Source of the DNA: a virus
Direction: 5' to 3' (one strand)
Length of the DNA stretch: 64,000 bases
IMG/VR virus record: IMGVR_UViG_3300009068_000024
Span: 73,504 to 137,503 of that record
Within the stretch, counting starts at the first letter, position 1, and each line of letters begins with the position of its first letter. Under the pieces are notes generated by a model that worked only from the letters and a program-made list of their open reading frames with translations, searched no databases and had not been told where the DNA came from. A program made the position numbers and the translations under genes. This document shows, piece after piece, positions 15,301 through 23,853 of this stretch.

Positions 15301-16943
15301 CTAAGGCTACTCCTATTACTGTTGATGACAATGGTAGAGTGTTTGGTCATATTGCGGCTTGGAATGTAGACCACATCGGTTTGGCATTTGGAACAAAACC
15401 ACCACGTAGTAAGAGTGGATACGCTTACTTCCACACTGGAGTAGTTAGAACCGAAAACGGTAAAGACGTTCCAGTAGGTCAGCTAACTCTTGCTGGTGGA
15501 CATGCTTCATTGGAAGCTAGTGCTGCCGAAGCAGTTAAGCACTATGACGATACTGCATCTGCCATCGCAGACGTTCACGCAGGTGAAGATTCCTATGGCA
15601 TCTGGGTAGCTGGAGCTTTACGCCCGAGCGCTCAGCCGGAGCAGATTCGTGCACTTCGTGCTTCAGCTCCTTCTGGTGACTGGAGACCTATCCGTGGTGG
15701 ACTAGAACTTGTTGCTGTATGTCAGGTAAACGTTCCAGGATTCCCTATTGCTCGTGCTCGTGTTGCTTCAGGTGCTGTTATGGCTCTAGTAGCTGCTGGT
15801 GCTCTACCTCTAGCTAGAATGAAAGCAGACCCAACTGCAGAGCTCAATGCTCACATTGAAAGACTTCAAAACCTAAACTTTATCGAGTCTGGTAAGTCTA
15901 CAAAGGCTTCCACTGATGAGTATGCAGCAAAGATTGCAGAACTTTCAGCTAGAGTTCGTGATGGTGAGCTAACCTATATTCCTCGTGATGAACGTCAAAA
16001 ATTAGCTAAAGAAGGTAAAGCTCTTCCAGACGGATCATTCCCTATTCAAAACGTAGAAGATCTTCGTGCTGCTATTCATGCTTATGGACGTGCAAAAGAA
16101 AGTCACAAGTCAAATGTTCGTAAGCACATCATTAAGATGGCCGGTAAGTTGAACGTTCGTCACCTCGTCCCAGAGGAATGGAAGGCTCATTCCGAAGATG
16201 CAGTAACTGCAAGTGCAGAAGATCTTCGTTCTAGAATTACTGTTAAGGCTCTACTAGCTAGTGCAGACGAAGCTAAGGCTCGTGTACTTTCTATTAAGGA
16301 TAGCCTGGGAAAAGCATTAGCGGCTGATGGATCCGTTCCGGAGGAAGCTCCGGCTCCAGTAAGTGAGGATAACGTTCCTGTACCGACAGATGGTGCAAAA
16401 GAAGTTATAGGAAACCCTGAAGAAGAGGGCTTCAAATTTACTCCTGGAATCAATCAGCCGCGTGACTACACCGGACGTTTTCAAGACGTTTTAGCTCGAC
16501 TAAAGCAGGATCTTGGGACATCAGGCCTACAAGATGTAGTCGATGAAGTAAATAACGTTGAGAAGGTATATAAGACTGGTAGCTATGCTGATGCAGCTAA
16601 AGCTGGTCAGTCATTGATAGAGCTACTTGATAGAATCGACAGCAAATCTTTGACCGGACCTTCTCTAGAGAATGTTCGTGCAGCATCTAAAGAACTGGGA
16701 AAGGTTATTGGAAACCTACCTCTACCTTTCGGAGATGAGAATGCAAAACTTAGGTTTAGCGATCTACCGCCTGCCTTGAAAAACCTTATGACAAATATGG
16801 TTGACAGGGTAGGTAAAAGACTAGGTGAGAAAGATGGCAGCCAGGCCACCTCCGATATTGCAGAATTTATGCGTGGTGGAGACCTATTTAGTCAAGCAGA
16901 TATATCGTCTGCCATGACTAAAATGCTTAGACTTCTAACTTAA
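12399..16943 (+). CDS. Multi-domain capsid maturation (prohead) protease / scaffold polyprotein
   Basis: HK97-type protease region ~14700-15130 (DGRSF..LPLPLLWQ..GHMGSVVVGRID..GVSADLD..IVPKPAF). GGAGG RBS; directly upstream of the capsid gene. Confidence 0.8.
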   Translation: MFESENAPTFSGRDGSLALFTYENRGVVIDTDVNLVVQIGLSEALSSSKDWELSEEEFSSNVLELVSGALSDLDMKILASANRLYTIPKGAQAEAKKALEWHKEHHRGGTPVGMNTARILAKGGQIGLQKVRHIAKYFPRHEVDKKGKGWKPGEDGFPSNGRIAWALWGGDTAWRWAQAIVERENKALTADAYAESELTSYLPERNYDSDLEDFTKSMYLDPLSAPDFIARVRMDGSGIDRLYKVVQTGDVYVWDDGQWDNIGNMNGTIWDYDRELDADYDNVDKTHISIDPDSAIIISARLQQNPYKCVSISDIDFDEAMLAAEAYRELDLVAIDRSLIAAGEDPIGSDGYTPEERAQNAQRQSRDYGGKFAPQGGSAPSGATEEQKAIAERTKYKTPPLGDYSHPLDTSGILGRPRSPIDKPQAHIKGDLPAMTSNDLHNLLYDWAGWVDSQRAAAGEGPAHGIQSSAANESEVQESSDVLAYDHPLLQKWIKSVNEPKKTQSENEDDSWAKPVVAATEAAPKEKGVEMTPKTSDVKPIYLAVVAQDDPRAVLNLVAIVPESSTSPKPMTYVRKEGKWVRDPSVLNDFKSATPPPVVPLDKATLNDVLLQVDESSKPVTASVLMDIDHLLTVLWGPDPLISAGGLDRNKGKAEELRHYWTVGKGGLKIRWGTGGDWTRCVRHLGKYLGPRAKGYCALRHKEVTGMWTGDKKHRQIYGHKRGGRNVFSTELIESTDNIIVKSEVLARAADAKLRVGLTAASGLVTEGFKFKIPLVIPEEMESGDGRSFIRGALSIRELPLPLLWQMKTAEGHMGSVVVGRIDHMERTSQGIGNAYGVFDTSPYGKEAQRLIQHGFIKGVSADLDQFEAKEIKPEASGDSEDPGKSKLSINKARVMAVTIVPKPAFQECKILIENPTNIQQEDTMIADGIYQDDSDAANVQALIACGIIAGAIPVVPPTEWFDNPNLTKATPITVDDNGRVFGHIAAWNVDHIGLAFGTKPPRSKSGYAYFHTGVVRTENGKDVPVGQLTLAGGHASLEASAAEAVKHYDDTASAIADVHAGEDSYGIWVAGALRPSAQPEQIRALRASAPSGDWRPIRGGLELVAVCQVNVPGFPIARARVASGAVMALVAAGALPLARMKADPTAELNAHIERLQNLNFIESGKSTKASTDEYAAKIAELSARVRDGELTYIPRDERQKLAKEGKALPDGSFPIQNVEDLRAAIHAYGRAKESHKSNVRKHIIKMAGKLNVRHLVPEEWKAHSEDAVTASAEDLRSRITVKALLASADEAKARVLSIKDSLGKALAADGSVPEEAPAPVSEDNVPVPTDGAKEVIGNPEEEGFKFTPGINQPRDYTGRFQDVLARLKQDLGTSGLQDVVDEVNNVEKVYKTGSYADAAKAGQSLIELLDRIDSKSLTGPSLENVRAASKELGKVIGNLPLPFGDENAKLRFSDLPPALKNLMTNMVDRVGKRLGEKDGSQATSDIAEFMRGGDLFSQADISSAMTKMLRLLT

Positions 16944-16967
16944 ATAATAAACAAATAAAAACTAATG

Positions 16968-17062
16968 TAAAATAATAACTAGGTGGAGTGCCTTCACGTT
17001 TCTATGCGTGATAGTCCCTTTACCTTGAACCGATTAGCATGATGCTCAAAATATGACATCAT
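16968..17062 (+). promoter_or_regulatory. -10 box (TAAAAT) followed by a structured 5' leader of the capsid gene
   Basis: AGGTGGAG(16981-88)/CTTTACCT(17018-25) encloses TCACG/CGTGA. Second hairpin ATGATG-c-TCA/TGA-CATCAT at 17039-17062. RBS TAAGGAGG at 17075. Confidence 0.55.
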
Positions 17063-17086
17063 CAACTGTCCTATTAAGGAGGAACA

Positions 17087-19135
17087 GTGGACCACATTAA
17101 ATCACAGGTAGATCGCCTGTCAGAGCTAGATAATGAACAACTATCAGCTCTTCAGGATCAGATCATTGGTGAATTTGAGACGGTCGAAGGCCAAGAGCCT
17201 ACCGCTGAATCAGTTGACGCTATGACGTCACTTGCCGATATGCTTGACGCCTGCAGAGGCGAATCTAAGCGTCGCGAGATGGCCGCCCAGGAGCTTGCAC
17301 AGCAAGCTGCCGAGGCTGCTATGCGCGTTAAGGGTAGTGACGAGGAGAATATGGATGGTGCAATGCCAGCTGAGGATATGCCTGTAGAGGATATGCCAGT
17401 TGAGGAAGTTCCTGCAGAGGAAGTTCCAGCAACTCCAGAAGAAGCCCCAGTAGAGGGAGAACCTGTTGAAGGTACTCCTGAAGAAGAAATGGGCGAGACT
17501 CCTGAGGAAGAGGATGACGAGAAGAAGAAGAAGGCAACTGAATCTACTTACTCCACCGAATCTGTCGATGCGTCTGCTACTGCGGTAGAGGGTTCTGAAC
17601 TTTCAACCGATGAAAATCCAACCGTTGAGGTCGTCGAAGACGTCCCAGCACAAGAACCAGAAGAGGCTCCAGTTGAGGTCGTCGAAGACGTCCCAGCAGA
17701 AGTCCCAGCAGAAGACACAGCGTTTTCTACTGAAGAACCAGCACAAACAACTATTGCTCCAGAAGAGCAGGAAGGGCAGGCCCCAGTGACCGCCACAGCA
17801 GAACAGCCTTTCGAGGCTCCAGCTGACCGTCAGCCTGTAGTTCAGGTTTCAGAGCCAGCACCGGTAGCAATTACCGCTGGTGCTGACATTCCTGGCTACA
17901 CAGCCGGCAGCGAAATTAAAGACATGAGCGAGGTAGCAGTAGCTATGGAGAAGCGTCTCCACTCACTTCGCCGTGTTAACGGAGGAGACGGAGAGCAGCA
18001 CATCGTTGCATCTTTCTCAACCTCTTACCCAGAGTCACGTACTCTATCATCAAATGCAGAAGAGAACACACTTAAGATTGCAGCTGTTGCAGGCCCACAG
18101 GCCCTTGTTGCTTCCGGTGGTCACGCTGCTCCATTTGAAGTAAAGTATGACATCTACTCAATCGGTTCAACCAACGTTCGTCCAGTTCGCGATGCTTTGC
18201 CTCGCTTCCAGGCTGATCGCGGTGGTATCCGATACATCACTCCACCGAGCCTAGCTCTAGGTTTTAGCAACAACACCACGATTGCTACATCTAGACTAGC
18301 CTACGACAATGCTGTAGGACAGTGGACTGCTTCTACCGATCTAACTCCTAGCACCTCAACAAAGACCAGCTTGACAATCACTTCATCATATGAGAACACA
18401 GTGGCTACCTATGCTATGACTCTACAGTTGAAGTTTGGTAACTTGATGACTCGTGCTTACCCAGAGTTGATTGCTCGTCACAACGAACTTGCTCTAGTAC
18501 AGCACGCTCGTGAAGCTGAGCAGAACCTTGTCTCTAGAATCGCAACAGAGTCTACCTCTGTAAGCACTTCTAGCTTGCTTGGTTTTGGTCGCGACTTCTT
18601 GGTACAGGTTCGTCGTGCTGCAACTGCATATCGTCAGCGCCACCGCATTGCTCCAGACACCCAGCTACAGGCAGTAATTCCTGTTTGGTTCTACGATGCA
18701 ATGGCAGCTGACTTGACTCTGTCTATGCCAGGCGACGGTACTCTAGATCTATCAAAAGCTGAAATTAATGGCTATCTAGAGCACGTCAACGTAACAGTTG
18801 TCCCTTACATGGACTCAGACACAAGCTCAAACACAATGATCACAACTCAGAGTGCTAACGCTTTACTAAATGGTTTCCCGAACACTCTAGTTTGGTACCT
18901 ATTCGCTGAAGGTACATTTATCTTCCTTGATGGCGGTACTCTAGACCTAGGTATCGTTCGTGACAGCACCCTTGTTGGCACCAACGACTACATTATGTTC
19001 CTAGAAACATTTGAAAACGTAGCGAAGGTTGGTATCGAGTCTCTCGCGATCACCTCAACCATCAACGTCAACGGTGCTGCTGCAGCTCTACGTGACGTCC
19101 TTGGTGGCGTTACTGCTGCAACAATCGAGTACTAA
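17087..19135 (+). CDS. Major capsid protein with long acidic N-terminal scaffold/delta region
   Basis: Strong RBS and biased codons; E/P-rich N-terminal half; ALVASGG..RPVRDALPRFQADRGGIRY..FLDGGTLDLGIVRDSTL..NDY..F.ETFE core; position after the protease. Confidence 0.88.
   Translation: MDHIKSQVDRLSELDNEQLSALQDQIIGEFETVEGQEPTAESVDAMTSLADMLDACRGESKRREMAAQELAQQAAEAAMRVKGSDEENMDGAMPAEDMPVEDMPVEEVPAEEVPATPEEAPVEGEPVEGTPEEEMGETPEEEDDEKKKKATESTYSTESVDASATAVEGSELSTDENPTVEVVEDVPAQEPEEAPVEVVEDVPAEVPAEDTAFSTEEPAQTTIAPEEQEGQAPVTATAEQPFEAPADRQPVVQVSEPAPVAITAGADIPGYTAGSEIKDMSEVAVAMEKRLHSLRRVNGGDGEQHIVASFSTSYPESRTLSSNAEENTLKIAAVAGPQALVASGGHAAPFEVKYDIYSIGSTNVRPVRDALPRFQADRGGIRYITPPSLALGFSNNTTIATSRLAYDNAVGQWTASTDLTPSTSTKTSLTITSSYENTVATYAMTLQLKFGNLMTRAYPELIARHNELALVQHAREAEQNLVSRIATESTSVSTSSLLGFGRDFLVQVRRAATAYRQRHRIAPDTQLQAVIPVWFYDAMAADLTLSMPGDGTLDLSKAEINGYLEHVNVTVVPYMDSDTSSNTMITTQSANALLNGFPNTLVWYLFAEGTFIFLDGGTLDLGIVRDSTLVGTNDYIMFLETFENVAKVGIESLAITSTINVNGAAAALRDVLGGVTAATIEY
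17624..17698 (+). repeat. Exact 27-nt direct repeat (VEVVEDVPA) in the capsid N-terminal region
   Basis: GTTGAGGTCGTCGAAGACGTCCCAGCA at 17624-17650 and 17672-17698. Confidence 0.9.
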
Positions 19136-19145
19136 AAATCCTGGT

Positions 19146-19171
19146 GTGCCCGGGGCTTCGGCCCCGGGTAC
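19146..19171 (+). terminator. GC-rich hairpin with C(UUCG)G tetraloop after the capsid gene
   Basis: GTGCCCGGGGC-TTCG-GCCCCGGGTAC; no U-tract, so a terminator or mRNA stabiliser. Confidence 0.75.
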
Positions 19172-19206
19172 TCCAACTAAAAACTTATAGACTTTAAGGA
19201 AAATAA

Positions 19207-20358
19207 ATGGCTTTTGATGGAGCTTTTAAGGCCCCCGCTATCGTACCCTCTGCGTTCGGCCTATTTTCTATATTCCCTCCAACTAATCCTACTTCAGGAG
19301 AAAAATGGGTTAGAGGATTTGATCAGTGGTGGGACACTACCCCTAGCTACGTTAGAGTATTAGACGCTAACTACACATCATATACAGTTGCTACAGTAGA
19401 CTCTAACCCTACTGTACCTCTATATAGTCGCCACATCCCATTCTTTATTGAAGTTCAAGATGACAGATCTACTCTAGGTCTCCTTGGTGAAGAACGTATG
19501 GCTCGAGTTCTACGTCAGCTAGAAGGTGTATCACAGAAAGCCTGTGAACTTGAGCTTTGGGACGGTGCCGTTGCTTTGCAAGGATCTTCAACAGATCTTG
19601 TAAACCCGTACCTATCTAAAGGTACTACCCTAACTATTCTTCCTGGACGTAAGTCTGACGGATCGGTTGCAGATTCAACTTCTGATGGAGCTGCTATTTC
19701 TGTTAAACACGGTATTGCTGTTCTAGAGCAGAATATCGGACTCTACTCTTCTGCCGGTGAGCAAGGCTGGATTCACCTTACTCGCGACTCTGCCGCTGTT
19801 CTTAGCTCTTATAATCAAATGGTAGTTGACTATTATGACCCTAATAAAGGTTCTCGCCAACACCTACAAACTTTTGGCGGAACTCCGCTAGTACTCGGCT
19901 CTGGCTATTCAGGTAACGGTCCCGTTGTAAACGTAACTAACAAAGCTGCTGATGGAACTAACGCAACACTAACTACAGCTAATAACCATGGTCTTGCTGT
20001 TGGTGACACTGTAACTGTTACTGGCGTTGACGCTACTTTCAATGGTACTTACACCACAATAACTGGTACCACTGCAACTACTATTAAGTATGCAAAAGCG
20101 GCAACTGTGTCGACTGTTGCTACTACAGGCGGAACTGCACAAATGCAGGCTAACAGCCGCTACAAATGGATTTACGCGTCAGGTGAAGTACGAGTCTATC
20201 TCGGTGACTCTGATCTTGTAAATGATAGTTTAGGTCAAGGCCTTTCTGTCAGCTCAAACCAAAATGACATGAGAATCAAGGCTACCCGCCCTGCTGCGGT
20301 CTACTTTGATACATCCATCCACCTAGGTGTCAAGGTTGACTTGACTCTAACTAACTAA
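19207..20358 (+). CDS. Virion structural protein (probable minor capsid/decoration) with an inserted beta-rich HGL.VGD domain
   Basis: Follows the capsid gene with an AAGGA RBS; Thr-rich insert at ~19924-20145. Confidence 0.6.
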   Translation: MAFDGAFKAPAIVPSAFGLFSIFPPTNPTSGEKWVRGFDQWWDTTPSYVRVLDANYTSYTVATVDSNPTVPLYSRHIPFFIEVQDDRSTLGLLGEERMARVLRQLEGVSQKACELELWDGAVALQGSSTDLVNPYLSKGTTLTILPGRKSDGSVADSTSDGAAISVKHGIAVLEQNIGLYSSAGEQGWIHLTRDSAAVLSSYNQMVVDYYDPNKGSRQHLQTFGGTPLVLGSGYSGNGPVVNVTNKAADGTNATLTTANNHGLAVGDTVTVTGVDATFNGTYTTITGTTATTIKYAKAATVSTVATTGGTAQMQANSRYKWIYASGEVRVYLGDSDLVNDSLGQGLSVSSNQNDMRIKATRPAAVYFDTSIHLGVKVDLTLTN

Positions 20359-20373
20359 TAAGGAGAATAGGTA

Positions 20374-21918
20374 ATGCCTACTCAAGAATATGCAGCCAGC
20401 ATCCAAGGTGTGTCGATCCGTGTCACCCGCCTAGACGCAGCTGGCAACCTACAAACAGGTCCGGGTGATAGCTACACTACATCAGCTTTCATGCGTCTGT
20501 CATTCACCCCAGAGTACGAAGAAGGCGATGAAATCACCGAGAAGGGTGCCAATGGTGCCGTTTGTGTGACTTTCAAGTCTCCTGACACTCTAAAAAGAAT
20601 CACAATGGAACTTGCTATCTGTGAGCCAGACCCTGAGCTTTCTGCACTTCTTTCAGGTGGTCTATTGCTTCGCAAGAACGTGGGAACCTTTGCTTCAGCT
20701 AACAACCTATCAGTAGGTTGGGCTTCACCTGCAGTTGGCGATGACCCAGCTGGTTTCGGTGTTGCTATCGAAGCTTGGTCATGGGCTGTCAAGGATGGTA
20801 AGCGTGCTGGTACACGTCCATACTTCCACTGGGTATTCCCATTCGTTAAGCTACGTCAGTCTGGTGACCGTGTAATTGAGAATGGTGTTCTTGCTAACAC
20901 ATTCCAGGGTTATGGTCTAGGAAATTCCAACTTCTCATCAGGTATTGATGGTCGTTGGGAGTTCCCAACTGCTTCTGAGCGTCCATATGCATACTCACGT
21001 GCTACATGGGCTCCAGTTGGTCTAAATGGTTTCTACACCTGGAACTACGCTGGTGAAGGCACTACTGAGCTTGGTACTCCAAACTACTCAGCTGTTACTT
21101 CTCTTGAGGGTATTAACTACAGCCTATCTACTGAAGCAATCACAACTGCTGGTGCGATCACTCTAGTTACTTCAGCTAGCCACACTTACAGCGTTGGTGA
21201 CAGCATTACAGTCGGTAACGCAGATACTACTTACCTAGTAACTAACAAGGCTGCTACTACTTCTACTGTAACTTTGACACTTGCGTCTGGTCACGGTGTT
21301 GTAGTTGGTGACAAGATCATCGTAGCAATTGGTGACAGTGCATTTGATGGTACTTATGGTGTAGCTACAGTGTCGACTAACGACATTACCTACGCTAAGA
21401 CCAATGCGGTTGCTGTGACTAGCGTTGCTGTAAACAGTTCTTCTGCTGTTGTTACCCGTAACATCTTCAACGGTACATTCACTGCTCTTGCAGGTACAAC
21501 TGGAACTAGCATTTCTGTTGCTCGTCGTGTTGCAATTTCAGCATGTACAGGCGCTACAACTACGGGTACATACACTGCTACAGCTCACGGTCTAGTTACT
21601 GGTCAGCTTGTTACTGTTACTGGATTCTCAACTAACGCAGCATTCAACGTTACCGCTGCTGCTATTACAGTAACTGGTGTAAACACCTTCACTGCAACTA
21701 TCTCAAGCACAACCGCTACAGAAACTATTGCGGCCGTTGCTCAGGTAACTCGTGGTACTGCAATCACAACTACTACAGTTCCTTACGGTGCTAGCGTATC
21801 GTCAGCTGTTGCAGGTACTTCATCTACAACTGGATACAACGTTCCTGGAAGCCTGCTCTACAACGCTGATCAGCCAGTTGACCGCGTAATCAAGTCAAAC
21901 GAGGACCCAACCTCTTAA
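20374..21918 (+). CDS. Major tail (tube) protein with C-terminal beta-rich domains
   Basis: IRVTRLD..G..EYEEGDEITEK.ANG..CV tube-like N-terminus; AAGGAG RBS; high-expression codon bias; followed by a hairpin. Confidence 0.8.
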   Translation: MPTQEYAASIQGVSIRVTRLDAAGNLQTGPGDSYTTSAFMRLSFTPEYEEGDEITEKGANGAVCVTFKSPDTLKRITMELAICEPDPELSALLSGGLLLRKNVGTFASANNLSVGWASPAVGDDPAGFGVAIEAWSWAVKDGKRAGTRPYFHWVFPFVKLRQSGDRVIENGVLANTFQGYGLGNSNFSSGIDGRWEFPTASERPYAYSRATWAPVGLNGFYTWNYAGEGTTELGTPNYSAVTSLEGINYSLSTEAITTAGAITLVTSASHTYSVGDSITVGNADTTYLVTNKAATTSTVTLTLASGHGVVVGDKIIVAIGDSAFDGTYGVATVSTNDITYAKTNAVAVTSVAVNSSSAVVTRNIFNGTFTALAGTTGTSISVARRVAISACTGATTTGTYTATAHGLVTGQLVTVTGFSTNAAFNVTAAAITVTGVNTFTATISSTTATETIAAVAQVTRGTAITTTTVPYGASVSSAVAGTSSTTGYNVPGSLLYNADQPVDRVIKSNEDPTS

Positions 21919-21935
21919 TAACCACTAAATGATGA

Positions 21936-21978
21936 AGGCGGCGTGCCTTGGTGTGCGAGACATGCCAGCACGCCGCTT
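21936..21978 (+). terminator. Hairpin after the major tail gene
   Basis: GCGGCGTGC/GCACGCCGC outer stem with inner TGGTGTG/CATGCCA. Confidence 0.7.
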
Positions 21979-22001
21979 AATTCATATCTAGGAGATATAC
22001 T

Positions 22002-23114
22002 ATGGGAACTTCACTATGGGTCCAACCAGAAGAGCTTGGATCATATGCAAACACTGAGTTCGCTCAGGAGGCTTGCCAGACTGCATCATATTTGATGTGG
22101 ACTATGTCTGGCCGTAAGTTTACTGGTGAAACAACTGTAACTGAGCGTTACGTTTGTGCTAAACGAGCTTATCGCCTTGGACCATCTTCTAGAAACTATT
22201 ATGGAACTTTAATTACTGGTCAGCTCTACAATATTCCTGTAGCTGACTTTAATGAATACACAGAACTTGTGTCCGACGGTCTTTCTCCCGAATCAAGAAT
22301 CAAACTGCGCGGACGTCCTGTAACTAAGATTCACACCGTTAGAAATATGAACGGTGAGATCATTAGCCCAGATCTTTACTACCTTGTAGATCACTCTACC
22401 ATTCAAGCTTCCGCTGGTATTCCATGGACTCCTTGCAACGTTGAAGTTACCTACACCTACGGGTCTCCGATCCCTATGGCTGGAAAAATGGCTGCTCGTA
22501 CTCTTGCTATGGAGTTTGCTAAACTATGGGCTGGCGACGATGACTGTATGCTTCCGCAGCGTATTACATCTATCTCTCGTCAAGGTGTCTCTTACACACT
22601 TCTAGATTCTCAAGACTTTATTGACGATCTTCGCACCGGCGTGTATGTCATTGATTTATTTTTAAAATCTGTTAATCCAGACAAAGCCCGCGCTCGTGCT
22701 CGTGTATTTAGTCCGGATGCTCCGAGAGCTAGACGCTATACTCCAAAGACAGCCGTCTTAACTGAAAATTCTAATTTTGATATATCCGTAGTTCAAAATA
22801 CTTCAGCTACTTGGACATCTGTTGGAAAAACTGGAGCAGATGTTTCTGTCTTCTTTACCGAAGCAGGTTGGACTCCAGTAGTCACTATACGTAGTGCCGG
22901 TGGAAGTAAAAGTTTAGATATTGCATCTAGCAATATAGTTGTAAATAACACAAATAGTTCTGTGTCATTTACAGTTACATACAATGATGCAAGATCAGTG
23001 TTGGGCTTTATTGACCCAGGCACGTGGACTCTGTACGCAACTAAGACCGTAGCCGGTATTACGACCGTATCTGAGCTTGAGACTGGAAACCTCCAGATCA
23101 AGTTAAATAACTAG
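22002..23114 (+). CDS. Head-to-tail adaptor
   Basis: AS.LMW..SGRKF.G, VEVTYTYG.P.P..G..AA..LA.E..K, C.LPQRITSISRQGVSY motifs; position. Confidence 0.7.
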   Translation: MGTSLWVQPEELGSYANTEFAQEACQTASYLMWTMSGRKFTGETTVTERYVCAKRAYRLGPSSRNYYGTLITGQLYNIPVADFNEYTELVSDGLSPESRIKLRGRPVTKIHTVRNMNGEIISPDLYYLVDHSTIQASAGIPWTPCNVEVTYTYGSPIPMAGKMAARTLAMEFAKLWAGDDDCMLPQRITSISRQGVSYTLLDSQDFIDDLRTGVYVIDLFLKSVNPDKARARARVFSPDAPRARRYTPKTAVLTENSNFDISVVQNTSATWTSVGKTGADVSVFFTEAGWTPVVTIRSAGGSKSLDIASSNIVVNNTNSSVSFTVTYNDARSVLGFIDPGTWTLYATKTVAGITTVSELETGNLQIKLNN

Positions 23115-23128
23115 GAAAGAAGATAAAA

Positions 23129-23347
23129 ATGTCAGCTCAAACAAATTTCACTGCTGCCGATATGGTTGTAGTTGATGAAAATGGTATTGTAGCTACAGTT
23201 TCTGCTGCCAAAGTGGTGGAGGAAAGTAAAGTTACTGCAAAACCAGTCGTAAAAAAGGTAGAAGCCAAGGTTGAAGAAGTTAAACCTGAAGTTACTGTAG
23301 AACCTGAGGCTGAAGTTGCTGCAGAAGAAACTCCAGAAGTTAAGTAG
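23129..23347 (+). CDS. Small V/E/K-rich hypothetical protein
   Basis: 72-aa ORF in operon with tight spacing. Confidence 0.65.
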   Translation: MSAQTNFTAADMVVVDENGIVATVSAAKVVEESKVTAKPVVKKVEAKVEEVKPEVTVEPEAEVAAEETPEVK

Positions 23348-23349
23348 GT

Positions 23350-23853
23350 ATGTCTGTGGCAGTGAACATTGGTGATTTTTCTGAGGATGCATTAAACCTC
23401 AAGGATATGATGGACGGAATTCTTGAAAAAGTTGAAACCGTCTTTCAGTCATACAATGTTCCTCTGCCTCAGCGTAGGTACTGGACAATGGGTAATCCAG
23501 CTATTGATTGCGATCAGGTAGTGGTTTCTTTTAGTCAAATGTATTTAGGATCTCCTGGAGATCAAGTAAGCACCCCTCAACGTTGTAACGTCCCTCGTAC
23601 AGCTATTGTAAATATTAGTATTGCCCGTGAAGTTCCCACTGTTGGCATGAATGGACGTCCGCCTACAGGTGAAAAAATTCAACAAGGTGCTGCCTTGTCA
23701 GCGGTTGATGCTTGGGTATTAATGGCTTCTATGAAGTCATTCGATATGTGGGATGGTATCTTTGGGCTAGGTGTTATGGCTACCGTAGAAGCTGGCGACA
23801 TAGAAGGCGGTTTTCAAGTTGTAACTATGGAGCTAACTCTGGCGGTTCCATAA
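23350..23853 (+). CDS. Probable tail completion/terminator-type protein
   Basis: 167 aa, located in the neck gene cluster; function from position only. Confidence 0.5.
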   Translation: MSVAVNIGDFSEDALNLKDMMDGILEKVETVFQSYNVPLPQRRYWTMGNPAIDCDQVVVSFSQMYLGSPGDQVSTPQRCNVPRTAIVNISIAREVPTVGMNGRPPTGEKIQQGAALSAVDAWVLMASMKSFDMWDGIFGLGVMATVEAGDIEGGFQVVTMELTLAVP

